Source of the DNA: Octopus sinensis
Taxonomy: Eukaryota
Reading direction: 5' to 3'
Assembly (NCBI RefSeq): GCF_006345805.1
Contig: NC_043012.1
Location: 43,276,001-43,340,000, forward strand
Length of the DNA stretch: 64,000 bases
The translations under genes were made by a program, and so were the position numbers. Within the stretch, counting starts at the first letter, position 1, and every line of letters starts with the position of its first letter. The notes beneath the pieces are model-generated. The model was not told where the DNA came from. It was given only the letters and a program-made list of their open reading frames with translations, and searched no databases. Positions 1 to 13,069 of the stretch are shown piece by piece.

Positions 1-445
1 GTATACCAAGAAGCAGAGACATCCTATATATCTCACCGTGCTTTGAGATATCTGCTCTACAACATTGTTGGATATTACACCCTTACGCCCCAACAAGACT
101 TGATGACTGATGATTGAATTGCTTTCGTAACACAGCATGTCAGATTTTAGCGAGTGTTTAAAAGTCATCGGTTACACTTAATCTAGTTTAGCAGGCCTGC
201 TAATGCCGTTATCCAAGTGTTGCACTGCTACGTGCAGACAGTTCGTGGAGTCACAGGTGAGAGCCGAGGATTAGGCAAAGGCAGATGAGCTGTACTGAAA
301 ATGTATTGACACGTACCTTCATGCCACCACCTACCGAAGTAATATTGTTTCTGATGACTAATAAGCATAACACTATAGATATTTAAAGAAACGTAACACT
401 TGAGGCAAAAAGAATTATCAAAATAATGTGAACTGTTTACTTTAC

Positions 446-760
446 CTGCTGGAAAACATTTAACTGTAGCATGGTCCTTACAGTAGTTTATCTTGTTCGT
501 CCAATTCACTATACGAAGAGGGCAATCTAAAAGGGATTCTTCTGTGCCTTCACATTCAGCAGATGCCAACCATACATTTTTTCCAATTGATGTACTTATG
601 GCGGCCTTTCCACCACGATAATTCATTTTCTTGCACACAACAATCGCGTCTCTGTCATCCCATAGATCAGCACAGATTGAACCCCAAAGATTATTGATTT
701 GAACTTCAACTCTGCCAGTGTTTCCTTCTCCAATCAGTCTGTAGTTAACAGGCCTTGGCT
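446..760 (-). CDS. SRCR gene exon 14: complete SRCR domain
   Basis: atttcag|AGCCA...GCAG|gtaaag; YRLIGEGNTGRVEVQINNLWGSICADLWDDRDAIVVCKKMNY...VWLASAECEGTEESLLDC...ATVKCF; 315 nt, phase 1-1. Confidence 0.94.
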
Positions 761-1089
761 CTGAAATACATGATGGAAAAATAGCTTACGTGTGTACACA
801 CAATCAAATGATTTCAGTGAGAAAACATGCATACATACATGCACACATACATGCATACATACATACATACATACAGACATAAATTAGCTGTCCATCGGAT
901 GTTAACATAAAGCTCAAGATCAGTGAAAAAGAGCATACCTACACTGTACTATTTGAGAAATCAATGTCCACAGATACTACAACTACACTGTAACCATCCC
1001 AGGAATATGGACTGTGATCTTAAGGGACATGATTTGTGGAAAAGTTATATGTATGTGTAACTTTTTTCTTCTTTTACTTGAATATATAA

Positions 1090-1229
<140 letters not shown>

Positions 1230-1811
1230 ATTTATAATATCATATCATATTATATTATATTATATATATATATACATACATACACAGATATATACATACA
1301 CACATATACAAAATATGTATATATGTTATATGTATATGTATATAGATATATTTATTCATTTATTTCTGTATCTGTGCCTGCATGTGTATGTATGTATGTA
1401 TGCATGTATGTATGTATATATTACGTATGCATGTGCGTAAATTTAAGACAATGTGGCATTCAGCCACATTGTCTTAATTATCTGTCGAGTTTGAATAAGA
1501 GTCACATAGAAAATTTCCAGGCTCAACGGAATCTGCTACAACATATGTGAATGGTTCGAAGAAATGAGTGTTTTCTTCATCAGAGAAGTGTAATAGCTAT
1601 GATGAATATAACAGAACATCTGAGCACATCTCCAATTATGTCTACTATAAGATAGTTTTAAAAAATCTGCCAGATAATTTATGATCTAACATCGATACAT
1701 ACATGCATGCATACATATTATATATAAACTACTATTCAAAACTATAAAGCTATTTAGAAATTTAGCTCTGTATTTAAATGGACTAAGTGGGCGTAATATA
1801 TTGTAAATTGG

Positions 1812-2050
1812 TATTTCTTTTATTCTTTTACTTGTTTCAGCCATTTGACCGAGGACATGCTGGAGCACCGCCTTTAGTCGAAGAAATTGACCCCAGGACT
1901 TATTCTTTGTAAGCCTAGTACTTATTCTATCGGCCCCTTTCGCCGAACCACAAGGTTATGGGGACGTAAACATAAACACACCTACATCTGTTGTCAACCG
2001 ATGGTGGGGGACACACAGCGACACACAAATACACACACACACACACACAC
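1812..2050 (-). mobile_element. SINE family A, 3' tail portion
   Basis: Reverse complement of the tail seen at about 5990-6202 (...ccagcatggtc...tgactgaaacaagtaaaagaata). Confidence 0.75.
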
Positions 2051-2061
2051 ACCTGGGCCTC

Positions 2062-2460
2062 ATAGCACAGTTTCTCCATCCCAAGTCACTATATCAGGTC
2101 TATTATGTTTACATTTTATTGAGGTTTCCACTGGGATATTCCTCTAATACTCCTTATTATGAGTGGCTATAGCTTCTACTATACTGTGGATTATTATTTC
2201 TTTGGCTTCAGGGTTATTTTTACGGCGGATCTAATTATACAGAATCTTAGCTACAACATCATGTCTCATCGGTAGATAATACCGTGATGATATTTTTGGA
2301 CAACTGCTTATGATATGGGTGTTATCTTTGTGTCAACTTCAGAAAGCCTTCATCGGTTGTCACAGTTTGCTGCTTTTTCTGCGTCTTTATCCCTTTTGTG
2401 CATCAGGTATTTGACTGATATTTCCTGTTTCTGGATTGCAAACGCATACCCTTCAAAGTG
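2062..2460 (-). mobile_element. Degraded R4/Dong-clade retrotransposon 3' fragment
   Basis: Minus-strand peptides EGYAFAIQKQE, HIISSCPK, RHDVVAKILY, HNRPDIVTWD (zinc-knuckle, RHD and PD endonuclease motifs) with stops and frameshifts. Confidence 0.65.
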
Positions 2461-2588
2461 GATTTATGTATGCATGAATGTATTCAGAAAATGAAATATA
2501 TCGCTTTTACATTCTTGAAAGTGAAGTAATTTCAACTAGGCATATACACAATCACTGAACATTAAATAAAGAAGAATAAGGGACTAAC

Positions 2589-2894
2589 CATTCGAGCAAA
2601 AAACTGCTGCTCGTTTGTTGTGTGTACAAACAGAGACATTACCCAATTGCGCGCCCGGGCAGTCGCTTAAAATAGTTTCGCTTCCAGAGCACTGAAGATT
2701 GCTGAGCCAGTAAAGATCCTCATTTGAGCCCATATGGTTATGTTTAAAAGAAAAACCACCTCGATAACCGGCATTTTTGCAGACAACTTGGGCTTCTTTA
2801 TCATCAAAGTCATCCGTACAAATGTAACCCCAATGGTCAAAATATTGAAATAGAACTTCTCCATAATTTCCATTTTTTATATTCATTCGAGGAA
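2589..2894 (-). CDS. SRCR gene exon 13: complete SRCR domain
   Basis: ttttag|TTCCT...AATG|gttagt; WGYICTDDFDDKEAQVVCKNAGY...WLSNLQCSGSETILSDC...AAVFCS; 306 nt, phase 1-1. Confidence 0.93.
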
Positions 2895-3110
2895 CTAAAA
2901 TAAAAAAAAAGAAATATCATGTAATAATAGTTATAAGCATTTTTGTATAAACAATTAGAATATACAGATGTTTTTCATAGCTATTAGGTAATGAAGACTC
3001 TTGTCTTCATTATACCTGTAAAAAAAACACTATGCAAATATAATCTTAATACAAAGATAGCTAGAGAATATGTAAATCATATTCATTTTGATAAATAAAA
3101 CATGCGTTAC

Positions 3111-3416
3111 CTGTAGACATTGATGCTGAGCACACAACAAATGCCTGTGCATGGGGGCATGATATCACGTGAGATTTCTTTTCACATTGCTGAATAGAAA
3201 AAGTTGAATGTGGGTTGCAGGTAAGTTTTGAAATTTGCAGGTGTTCTTCAGAAGTTGGCGGCGCTCGGAGAATTTGCATACCGAAGAAATAACCGAGATC
3301 TTTACATGCAAGATGAGCTTTGAATTCATTAAAATCTGGATCACATACTGGGAGAAAACCATCGTTTCCACTATGGAGCAACAATTCACCATATGTCTCG
3401 TTTGGATGCAAGCGAA
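3111..3416 (-). CDS. SRCR gene exon 12: divergent SRCR domain
   Basis: attcag|TTCGC...ACAG|gtaacg; VRLHPNETYGEL...PVCDPDFNEFKAHLACKDLGY...AFVVCS; 306 nt, phase 1-1. Confidence 0.9.
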
Positions 3417-4128
3417 CTGAATTAGAAGGAATTATATCAATATAGAATACATATTATTCCGGTAAATATTTTTGGTATAATGCAATTTATGTGTAATCAT
3501 AAGACATTTTAAAGATGGAGCGATCCTGTATATAGAAAGATATATACGAAGACACAATTATTTCTAGATGATCTACGTAGGAACAGAAATATTACCACTT
3601 TTTGACAAAAACTTCTAGCTCCAAAAGTGCTTATATATGCGTTGTATATTTTTATCTGTATGAGTGTATATTTTTATCTGTATCCATAAGCTTGTGTATG
3701 TACGTATTTGTGTGTATGTATGTATGGATTTCTGTGTGTGTTTGGATAATTGAGAAAAAGGATCGAATGCAGATCGTGGATTTATTCCTTTTATTAACTG
3801 CTTCCTTTGTGACAAAGAGTTTAATCTCTGTTAGTAAAGTTGGTACTTCAAGCGTTGAAGCTCTAAGTCGGAAACACATTTATAATTCAAATCCTTTCTC
3901 GGTATCTCTTTGACATTCGACACCTCCTATGTTTAAAAAAAAAAAAACCCTAAAAACATATGAGATTAACTTTTTGTCAAGTCCTATGTGCATTGATAAT
4001 ATCTAGCCTAAAGTATAATTGATCAAGTTAATTTGAATATTCGATTACAGAAAAACATTTAAAGACCTAAATATGCACTTGATATCCTCATACAGATGTA
4101 ATAATTTAGCATTTACTTCAATACTTAC

Positions 4129-4461
4129 CTGCAAAAAAGCAATAAACGGCAGCATCTCGAGAATGATCTAAACATTTTGAGTCGACTCTTTTCCACCCAT
4201 TGTTTGGACAAGACCAGATATGAGTGTCTTCCTGTCGGCACCAAATCTTTTCCATATAAACTGGAGTTTCTTTTATTGCAGGGAGTGGACTTAATGAACC
4301 AGACACAAAAGGTGTACCATCTACAAATCCTAATTGCTTACAGATGACCATTGAGTTAATATGCGTCCAAGTTGTGTTGCATATCGTTCCCCATTTACCA
4401 TTATATAATATTTCTATGCGACCATAATTTCTCCCTCCTCCATGAAGTCTTATATTCAAGT
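4129..4461 (-). CDS. SRCR gene exon 11: complete SRCR domain
   Basis: cactag|ACTTG...GCAG|gtaagt; IRLHGGGRNYGRIEILYNGKWGTIC...VICKQLGF...DAAVYCF; 333 nt, phase 1-1. Confidence 0.94.
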
Positions 4462-4589
4462 CTAGTGAAATAGAAAACAAATGTTTAATAAAAGAATAGA
4501 CACATTTTTCGTTAGAAGGCAAAAATAAAAAAATCACTCCTTCAAGTCTAATAGCCATTTACGTAGCAGATTCTGGTTTGTTATTTACT

Positions 4590-5000
4590 CAACAAGGTTG
4601 TTGAGAGAGGCGAGCCAGTAAACGGCAGGTGCCTGAGGGCATTTAAGTCTAGCCAGCTCTGAAGAAAAGAGGCCATTGTAGCTGCAATAGAGAAAACAGA
4701 CTAGAACGTGTCTGTTAGTGCAATTCTTGTAAGACTACTATCTGGTGTACAGAGAATGTCTAGAATGTGTAGCACATGATTTTTTAGCGTTTTCATGTCG
4801 ACCTTACTAAAAATTACCTGTTTGTTAAAGAATCGTTTCGATCTTTACCAAGACACATCCGATCTTTATATATATTTAAAGAAAAGTACATAATGTAGGT
4901 CTGGTGGTAATGACGTGTAACATAGTGGGTCATCATGTGGGTATTTCTGGAAACTTACTCTTCATATAAAGACCCAAAGGCAAGTCCATGATGCAACATA
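4590..5000 (-). mobile_element. Old CR1/L2-type LINE C-terminal remnant
   Basis: Minus-strand LVCFLYCSYNGLFSSELARL resembles the LFYRYY.G.CSSEL motif after the RT of CR1/L2-like LINEs. Heavily decayed; boundaries rough. Confidence 0.4.
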
Positions 5001-5603
5001 ACATGTAAAATTATAGGTAAAAATACTTAGCAATTTCTAGAAAAAAAATTAGAGGGATTGTATTCTGTATTGAAATGAAATGTCCTGAAAGAAGAATAAA
5101 CATTTTGCTTGTAGTTTATGACAAAATGAGGAGGTGCAGTTATTAGCCACAAGAAAGATCAATGAAGACCATCAAAAATGTTGAGAAAAAGGAATGGTTT
5201 AAAAACATAAATATTTGACTTATATTTAGCTTTTATAGCATTTTCGTACATTTAAAATATTTTGAGCGATATTTTAAATCCAGAAGCACACACCATACAC
5301 AAACAATACCATCATAGCTAAATATTTAGCAATCATCTCATTGTTAAACAAAAATGTTACTCATGTTTTAAGATATGTTTGAAAAATGTTTCCTTAATAT
5401 AGTTCAAAAATGTCCAATTTGACGAGTTGTAAAGTAGATTCGATATCATGGCTGATAATATGTGAGCTCAAACCATGTCAGAGACGCTTTGTTTTGTTTA
5501 ATTTATTATTTCCCACTCTTCTTAAGTGCTAATACGTTGTATTGACAAGAGCCAATTGTGTAACACAATTAGTTTAATTGGATATTGTTAACATTAAATA
5601 AAC

Positions 5604-6202
5604 GGAGGCGTGGCTGTGTGGTAAGTAGCCTGCTTACCAACCACATGGTTCTGGGTTCAGTCCAACTGCGTGACACTTTGGGCAAGTGTCTTCTAGTATA
5701 ACCTCGGGCCGACCAAAGCCTTGTGAGTGGATATGGTTGACAGAAACTGTAAGAAGCCTATCGCCATGATCGACTGCTAGCCACTAAAGCTTTTTTTTTA
5801 TTCTCTGTTTATTTTCTCGAGCTCCTTTCTTTTGAAGAGCGTAGGCTCGAGACGTAAAAGACTTTTTTCTCACCTTCCCGAGCGTTATACTAATACAGCT
5901 GTTTGTTGCTTATACACCTGTCTTCGTCTTTTGTTTTTTATAAATTCCAAGTATATATATGTATATCTTTATGTGTGTGTCTTTGTGCCTGTGTTTGTCC
6001 CAACCACCACTCTCGCTTGACAACCGATGTTGGTGTGTTTACATCCTTGTAACTTAGCAGTTCGGCAAAAGAACCGAGAGAGTAAGTACTAGGCTTACAA
6101 ATAATAAGTCCTAGGGTCGATTTCTTCGACTAAAACCCTTTAAGGCGGTGTTCCAGCATGGTCGCAATCAAATGACTGAAACAAGTAAAAGAATAAAAGA
6201 AT
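5604..6202 (+). mobile_element. SINE family A (tRNA head + CORE-like domain), full length, with a ~200-bp insertion
   Basis: A-box-like tggctgtgtgg, B-box-like ggttcagtcc, CORE-like actttgggcaagtgtctt, TA/TG tract and conserved tail. Confidence 0.8.
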
Positions 6203-6242
6203 ATTGAGGATGAATTACTGGTATTATGTAAAACTAATCTAA

Positions 6243-6430
6243 AGTGGCGAGCGGGTAAAGTCATTTGCGTGTCAGATTAGTAGAATTCCTCCTAGCTCAA
6301 ATCCCGCCGAAGTCAACTTTGTCTCTGTTCTTTTCGATGACCATAACATAAAGTACCAGTCATGTACTGGAGTCAATATAATCGACTTGCCCATTCCCCC
6401 TAAAATTGCAGGGCTTGTGCCAAAGTTATT
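6243..6430 (+). mobile_element. SINE family B, degraded
   Basis: Similar to the 40843-41055 copy (ggcgagc..., tcaaatcccgccgaagtcaacttt, aagtaccag, aatcgact). Confidence 0.6.
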
Positions 6431-6589
6431 ATAACGGAATTATATTAAATCAGCCTGGAAAATGATAAAGTTTTTATCACATATTAATGGTTGATTTACG
6501 GCATATAATTGTCCAACAGCAACATTATAAACATTACACGTACATATAAATAGAAATACATATGTAAGCATTTATTGGTATATACTTGC

Positions 6590-6901
6590 CATTTTTTTTA
6601 TGACAGAGGATTAATGTGTGAGAGTAAGGCATTCTACAAACATCTTCCTTGTATGTTTCACAATCTTTAAGTTTCAGTTCTTCCCCGTTGCACCTAAATC
6701 TTTCTTTCCTAGTTATATTTAGGAAAGTTCGGTTGAACGTATCTTGTGGACCAAGTAGCACGCCATCGCTAAATCCCAGTTCTCGACAAATAACTTTAGG
6801 CTCATATGATGTCCAATTGGCTGAGCAAACGCTAGCGTTGAGGCCATATTGTTGCAAAATTAATTCTCCGAAGGTTTCGTTTGCAAGAAATATCTTGTAA
6901 T
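6590..6901 (-). CDS. SRCR gene exon 10: divergent SRCR domain, probable GC donor
   Basis: catttag|ATTAC...AATG|gcaagt; SVCSANWTSYEPKVICRELGF...FRCNGEELKLKDC...LILCH; 312 nt, phase 1-1. Confidence 0.85.
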
Positions 6902-7024
6902 CTAAATGACATAGAAATAAAGGCAAATTTAATAATGCTAATTGCAATTAGTAATGTTTAATTTGATTGTATTTTGTATTTCATGCAGGAAGCGTCCGTA
7001 AAGATTGGCATTAAGGGACAGAAA

Positions 7025-7099
<75 letters not shown>

Positions 7100-7502
7100 A
7101 AGGGAAGGAGAGAATTGCAATATTTGAAACTCTCTTAAAAATTTTGTGCAGTGACAGAGTATGCTATTCCAAACAGTTTTTTCACGGAGTAAACTGCTTT
7201 CAAAGGGAATAATTTCTTATCTCTAGTGAGAAGGTGAAAACATTAAAAATACAACGCGAAAATATTTAATATTGAGTTCCGAATTTTATCGAAAAATACA
7301 CTATTAAACGATTTTGAATGGGAAGTTGACGAAGGAGAAATGCAACCGAAACTCTTTACTTTTATCTAAATTCCAAGGTTTCTTATTCGTATCAGCTCTT
7401 TTATTAGACGAACTCAAAGAAGTAAAAAAGAAGAAACATATATAAAAGCAAAAGTAATTGATTCAGTCGCCGATTATAGATGTGTGTCGATAGTATACGT
7501 AC

Positions 7503-7871
7503 CCATTACCTCTTTGGTATTAGAACAACCAATGAAGACATCATCTCGACATTCATAATACCGGACACATCCGGCAAAATTCACGTCACAATTCGTAACA
7601 CTACCAAATGTCAAATTGCAGTTGTCAACAGATGTTTCGTTTCCTTCACAATGTACTTTTTCTAAAAAGTTGGACATGTAAAACGATCTATTTGAATCAA
7701 TAGGGAGTTGCAAGCCATATTTGTAGCCAAGCTCACTGCAAGCTACTTGTACGGCCTTTGAATTAAAGCTGCCTTTAAAATCTGCGCATGCTGCATGCCA
7801 ATAGAACTTGTCGTAAACTTCTACCCAGCCGCTTGCATAGTCAGGTAGCATCACACCGTCATGAAGTCGAA
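7503..7871 (-). CDS. SRCR gene exon 9: SRCR domain with C-terminal extension (8 Cys)
   Basis: atttcag|TTCGA...ATGG|gtacgt; VRLHDG...GWVEVYD...VACSELGY...VHCEGNETSVDNC; 369 nt, phase 1-1. A competing phase-0 donor lies at 7510. Confidence 0.88.
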
Positions 7872-8584
7872 CTGAAATAAAGATAAATTTGTCAATACAG
7901 CAAATATTTTTTTTAGAAAGGACATTTATAATCAATGGAACAAACTCAGATTCCTCACACCTCTTTACCAACTTTATATACAGGAAGATTTTGCAATCTT
8001 TGATCAAAGAAAAAGTATGAGGACATACTCTCTACAGTAAGTGTGAATCTCATTAACCAAATGGTAATAATTGTTCTGCGTGTAAGCATACTATCTCGAT
8101 ATTTTTAGGTTGGAGAAAGTTAATTTGTGTCTCTCATACATTTATGATTAAACTTAAAGAAATAATTTAGGAAAGGTAGATTTAGGAAAGGTAGATTGCA
8201 ATGCATCCTTTGTACATGATCATCCATTTTGGTAGCTGACGCAACCGATTAAATCGACTTTTAGGTATTCTAGCAACAATAAAAAGAAAACTAGTGTCGA
8301 CCACAATTAGATTTAAGTTCAGGTATGAAAAAGGGCAAGTAAAACAGCATGAGTCGAATTATTTTTAGTAGTGATAACAATGATGGTAATGAGGATGATA
8401 TTAATAATAATAATAACAATAATAACGAGAGGAAAAAGTGCCTAAAACCGAAATAGACTCTCTCCACAAAGCTCCAACACTGCTAAAATATATAAACCAT
8501 GCAATAGCAAACTAGAAAACCAGTATTTTACTAAAAATGAACCACAAGTCATTAAAATTTGCCATATCTCATTAAAATCTCCCA

Positions 8585-8787
8585 GGCGCAGGAGTGGCTT
8601 TGTGGTAAGTAGCTTGCTTACCAACCACATGGTTCCGGGTTCAGTCCCACTGCGTGGCACCTTGGGTAAGTGCCATCTACTATAGCCTCGGTCCGACCAA
8701 AGTCTTGTGAGTGGATTTGGTAGACGGAAACTGAAAGAAGCCCGTCGTATATATGTATATGTATATATATATGTGTGTATGTGTGTC
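8585..8787 (+). mobile_element. SINE family A, head and core
   Basis: ggcgcaggagtggctttgtggtaagtagcttgcttaccaaccacatggttccgggttcagtcccactgcgtggcaccttgggtaagtg... Confidence 0.85.
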
Positions 8788-8861
8788 CAGCCCTTGCAAA
8801 AACTGAATATATATACAAACATGACTGAGTAAGTAGTTATAGCCACTGCATAATAAGCCAA

Positions 8862-9540
8862 TAATACAGCATAAAAACTGACAAGTGGTGTAAAACATAT
8901 GCCAAACTAGGTGATGACAAAGACCAGACAACAATCATCTGGGATATGCTTGTTCAAACTGACAAAGAAATAAAAGCTAATTACCCAGACAATCAAGGAT
9001 TGGAAAAGAATCACCTATTTACTGATAGACATTGTAGCCCTTTCTGACCAAAATATTGCCCAAAAAGAAGTGGAGAAATTGTCAAAGATCTCGAAGATCA
9101 AGTTGCGGAGCATAAAGGTGAAGACAATGCTAGAGTTAACTGGAGCATTGGATATGATAAAAAATATGAGCAAAAGCCTAGATGCTTTATCTGAATCCTC
9201 AACACTACATACAAAATAGCCCTGTTAGTAACAGCCCACATCCTACGCAAGGCGCTATCAATTCAATAGTATAACCCAAAACAAAAGAATCCACAAACAC
9301 ACGACTCACTCTATATAGCAAATATCCAACAGATTGGATACCAAACAGAACACATCTCGCATTACACATACAACACACAAAACAACAAAAGAATACCGCC
9401 AGACCCCATAACAAAATAAACTGACGCAATACAATACCAGGAATTGTTTGCACTCATTCAGCAACAAATAAATATCACACAATACTGCACACACACGCAG
9501 CAGGGGGAAATCTGTCAGAAACTACCAAATGTTGGGAAAA
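8862..9540 (+). mobile_element. R4/Dong segment E0: degraded endonuclease domain and 3' region
   Basis: IIWDMLVQTDKEIKANYPD, TGALDMIK and HILRKALSIQ* remnants, followed by an (AAC)/(AAT)n tract. Confidence 0.7.
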
Positions 9541-9584
9541 AAAATAACAACAACAACAACAACAACAACGATGATGATGATGAT

Positions 9585-9617
<33 letters not shown>

Positions 9618-10186
9618 AATAATAATAATAATAATAATTTCTGAATTTTTTCTTTGAAAAAGTTCAGAAATTCAAAAATTCAACGAGGCGAACGTCAGTG
9701 TATAAAAATATTATTATTTTTTCTATCAGTAATTAAAAATAGAACAAGGTGAATTGGTTCTTTTCAAGGTCAAGGCCAGCGCTCTCATTGACCGCTAGTA
9801 TTAGTAAACATATTTGACCCCAATGGTGTCTTTGTATCGTACAGGAATGCCCATTGCTGATCTCTTCACCATCTGTGAATCTATTTACAGATCAATGGAA
9901 TTTAATCTATTCACCAATCTGTTTCTCTTGCTCCTACTATTCCCTTAAACCCTCACATATTTATGATTATCTCAAGTACAGGACAACAGTTGAAACTAAT
10001 CAATATTCAATAATACCTTTTAATAATAAATGGAAATAATATTAATGATGATAATGGTGGTGATAATGGTAATAATGATAATGATGATAATTTAGTTAAA
10101 ACCCATCTCCGATCAGAGGAAATATTAACAATGTCAAATAGTAAAAAAATGAAAATAGTAATATCAGTGATGATAATAATAATAAT

Positions 10187-12996
10187 GAAAGGAAGCGGTT
10201 GGAATCTCCCTATGTCCTGATTGATGATACATCTAGTGATGGTGTCACAATAAAATTACTGGTAACTGCGCAACCTGATAATCGTTACCTCTCATGAGGG
10301 CAATGAAAAAACAAAATAATGTGAACAACGGTGGTAACGAACTAAAAACTTTGAAAGGTGACAGTGTTACACGCAGCAGGCTCAGAGATACTGGTCCGAC
10401 TCCAGCCTGTCGTTATCAAGCAAGGGTCCAGCACAAACGGTATAGATGGAACAAACAAGTTAAGCCCGTAGACGACAATAGTGTTCATCTTAGGGGATAC
10501 CGACAACGTAAGTATGATCAATGGGGTGGGGAGTGGAGAGGATTGTTTCAACTCACGGAACAGAGATTATGCGGTCAAGCTAGAGCAATAGAAAAATTGT
10601 TGGTTCACAGAAGTAGAGCTCGATGCTATCAGAAAACGGGTGTTGGAAAACAGCAGCAGAGGAAACGATGAAACTACAGTTCCTACCGATAAACGTTATC
10701 TCATAGCAGAAAACACAGGTGAAATTTCTAATAAACCACGGGAAAGGAACAGTGATAGCTGGCTCGATGCGAGACATATAGATAGCTTGAAAGAAGACAA
10801 TAAAACCAATGGTGACATGACAGCATAAGACAATCTACGATAGAATAAAGGCAAGGCTTCAGGAGAACGATATCGACATTATTTGCAACCTTAAAACGGT
10901 TATTCGGTGGAAATTGAACCAAGAAACGAAAAATGTGAATGAAATTCTGAAATACATCAGAACAGAAAGCACCACAGAGACAAACAATTTGATCAGGGCA
11001 GCAAGCATTGTTGTAGCAAAAAATGTGGGTGTTGTTGTCAAGAAAAAGAAATATAATGGAAGTGAAAAAAGAAAAGATCCATGGTGGAAAAGAAGAATAC
11101 AGCCAGGGTTAGATATACTCCCGAAGGACATTTCTGTATTAGACCAAAAAGAGAAGGGAGCTTAAAAGCGAACAAAAATACAGGATACTGAACAGGGAGT
11201 ATGATATTGAGAGAAAAGGCCTGAAAGTGGTAATGGAGTAACTGAAACAACACCTCGTTGCAAAGAAAGCGAAGGTAGTAAGATACAACCAAAGAATGAA
11301 GGGATGCCAGCAAAATAGGTTATTCATAGTAGACCAGAAGAGATTCTACAAAGAAATAGGCAGAGAGAGTACAGATGAAAAGTTGCTACCAGATAACATT
11401 GAAAGTCAAAAATTTTGGAGTGACATCTAGAGCAAAGACAAGGAACACAAGAAGAATGCTGAATGGTTGCAAGAACGGAAACAAGCAGTCTATCCAAAAC
11501 AGGTAGAACTAGTAATTTCAGTTAGGGAAGTGAAGGAAATCAGTAAAAAATAATGGGCAACTGGAAGACCCCGGGACTAGATGGAGTTCAAAGCTACTGG
11601 ATCAAAAGATTTGGTGAATGTCATGCACGAATATTTGCACAACCCAACACCATGTTAAATGCCGACCACGTAACACCAGAGTGGTTGACAATGGCTAGGA
11701 CAGTACTTTGCTTGAAAAACAACGAAAAAGGCAATATGGTAGACAATTACAGGCCGATATCCTGCTTTCCACTTATATGGAAATTATTGACTGGAATAGT
11801 AGCAGAGTCAATGTACGGACATCTGGAAAAATATGAGCAGAAGGATTGCAAGCGTAAGTGCAGAGGTACCAAAACTCAACTCCTGGTAGACAAAACTGTA
11901 CTTAGAGACTACAAGAGGAGGAAAGCTAACTTAGCTATGTCACGGATCGATTATCGTAAGGCGTACGATATGATCCCACATTCTTGGATTATGGAATATA
12001 TGAAGCTATTTGATATTGCATCGAATGTTGAGCGATTGCTTGGAAAAAGTATGACGAAATGTAGGACGGAACTGACAGCATAAGGAAGAAGTTTAGGGGC
12101 AATAGAAATCAGGAGAAGCATCTTCCAAGGAGACTACCTGTCCCAACTGATCTATGTACTGTGCATGATACCACTTACACTGATTCTGAGGAAAGCAAAA
12201 ACTGGGTATGTATTCAAAAGCCGCTAACAAAAAGTCAACTACTTATTATTCATGGATGACCTCAAACTTTATGGTAAAGATGAATCCCAAGTCACTTCCC
12301 TCCTTGATATGGTGTACACTTTCAGTGCTGGTATCAGAATGGAATTCGGACTGAAAAAGTGTGGTGTGTTAGTCTTGAAGGAGGTAGAATCAAATATATG
12401 GGCGGGCTAGCGATACGGTCGGGGGAGGTTATGAAGCAGATAGAAGAGACGGGCTATAAGTACTTGGGGATATTGGAAATGGAAAAATTGATGGAGAAAG
12501 AAATGACAATGAGACTGATACTTAGATCGAAATTAAACGGACGGAATAAGATTGAAGCTATCAACACCTGGGCGGTTTCACTACTTAGATATGGAGCAGG
12601 GGTAATCGCATGGACAGTAGACGAACTGAACAGCTTAGACAGAAAGACAAGGAAGTTGCTGACACAGACAAACTGTATGTACCAAGAAAAAGAGGAGGAA
12701 AAGAACTGATTGGATGCAAACACAGCATTAGAGCAAAAGAAAACAATATAGCATGGTATGTAAAACATGCCACAGAACCACTATTATTGGAAGTAAGAAG
12801 GTTAGGTAATATGGAAGATTGCAAAGATAACGCACTGTACAAGCACACGAATATTAATGAAACTGAAAATAGGTGGGTTAAAACAGCACTGCTTGGAACC
12901 GCTCAAATACGCCGGATGGTGCTCGAAAAATAAGGGGTGTTACCTTAGTTCACTGGTACCGTAGTACATCTTCAGTGTTAGAAGCTGTGCAAAGAC
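10187..12996 (+). mobile_element. R4/Dong segment E1: long, mutated, internally deleted copy
   Basis: DPWWKRRIQ, NWKTPGLDG, NYRPISC, IDYRKAYDMIPHSWI, IFQGD, FMDDLKLY and terminal TALLGTAQIRRMVLEK*. (AAT)n lies on both sides. Confidence 0.88.
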
Positions 12997-13000
12997 AATA

Positions 13001-13068
<68 letters not shown>

Positions 13069-13069
<1 letters not shown>

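Noticed and set aside
230-296. Further SRCR exon after ttttcag (VQLICLCLILGSHL*)
   Set aside because: In-frame stop after 14 codons and no SRCR motifs.
8585-8660. tRNA gene
   Set aside because: It has A/B boxes, but it continues into a CORE-like SINE body, has several dispersed copies, and shows no clean cloverleaf acceptor stem.
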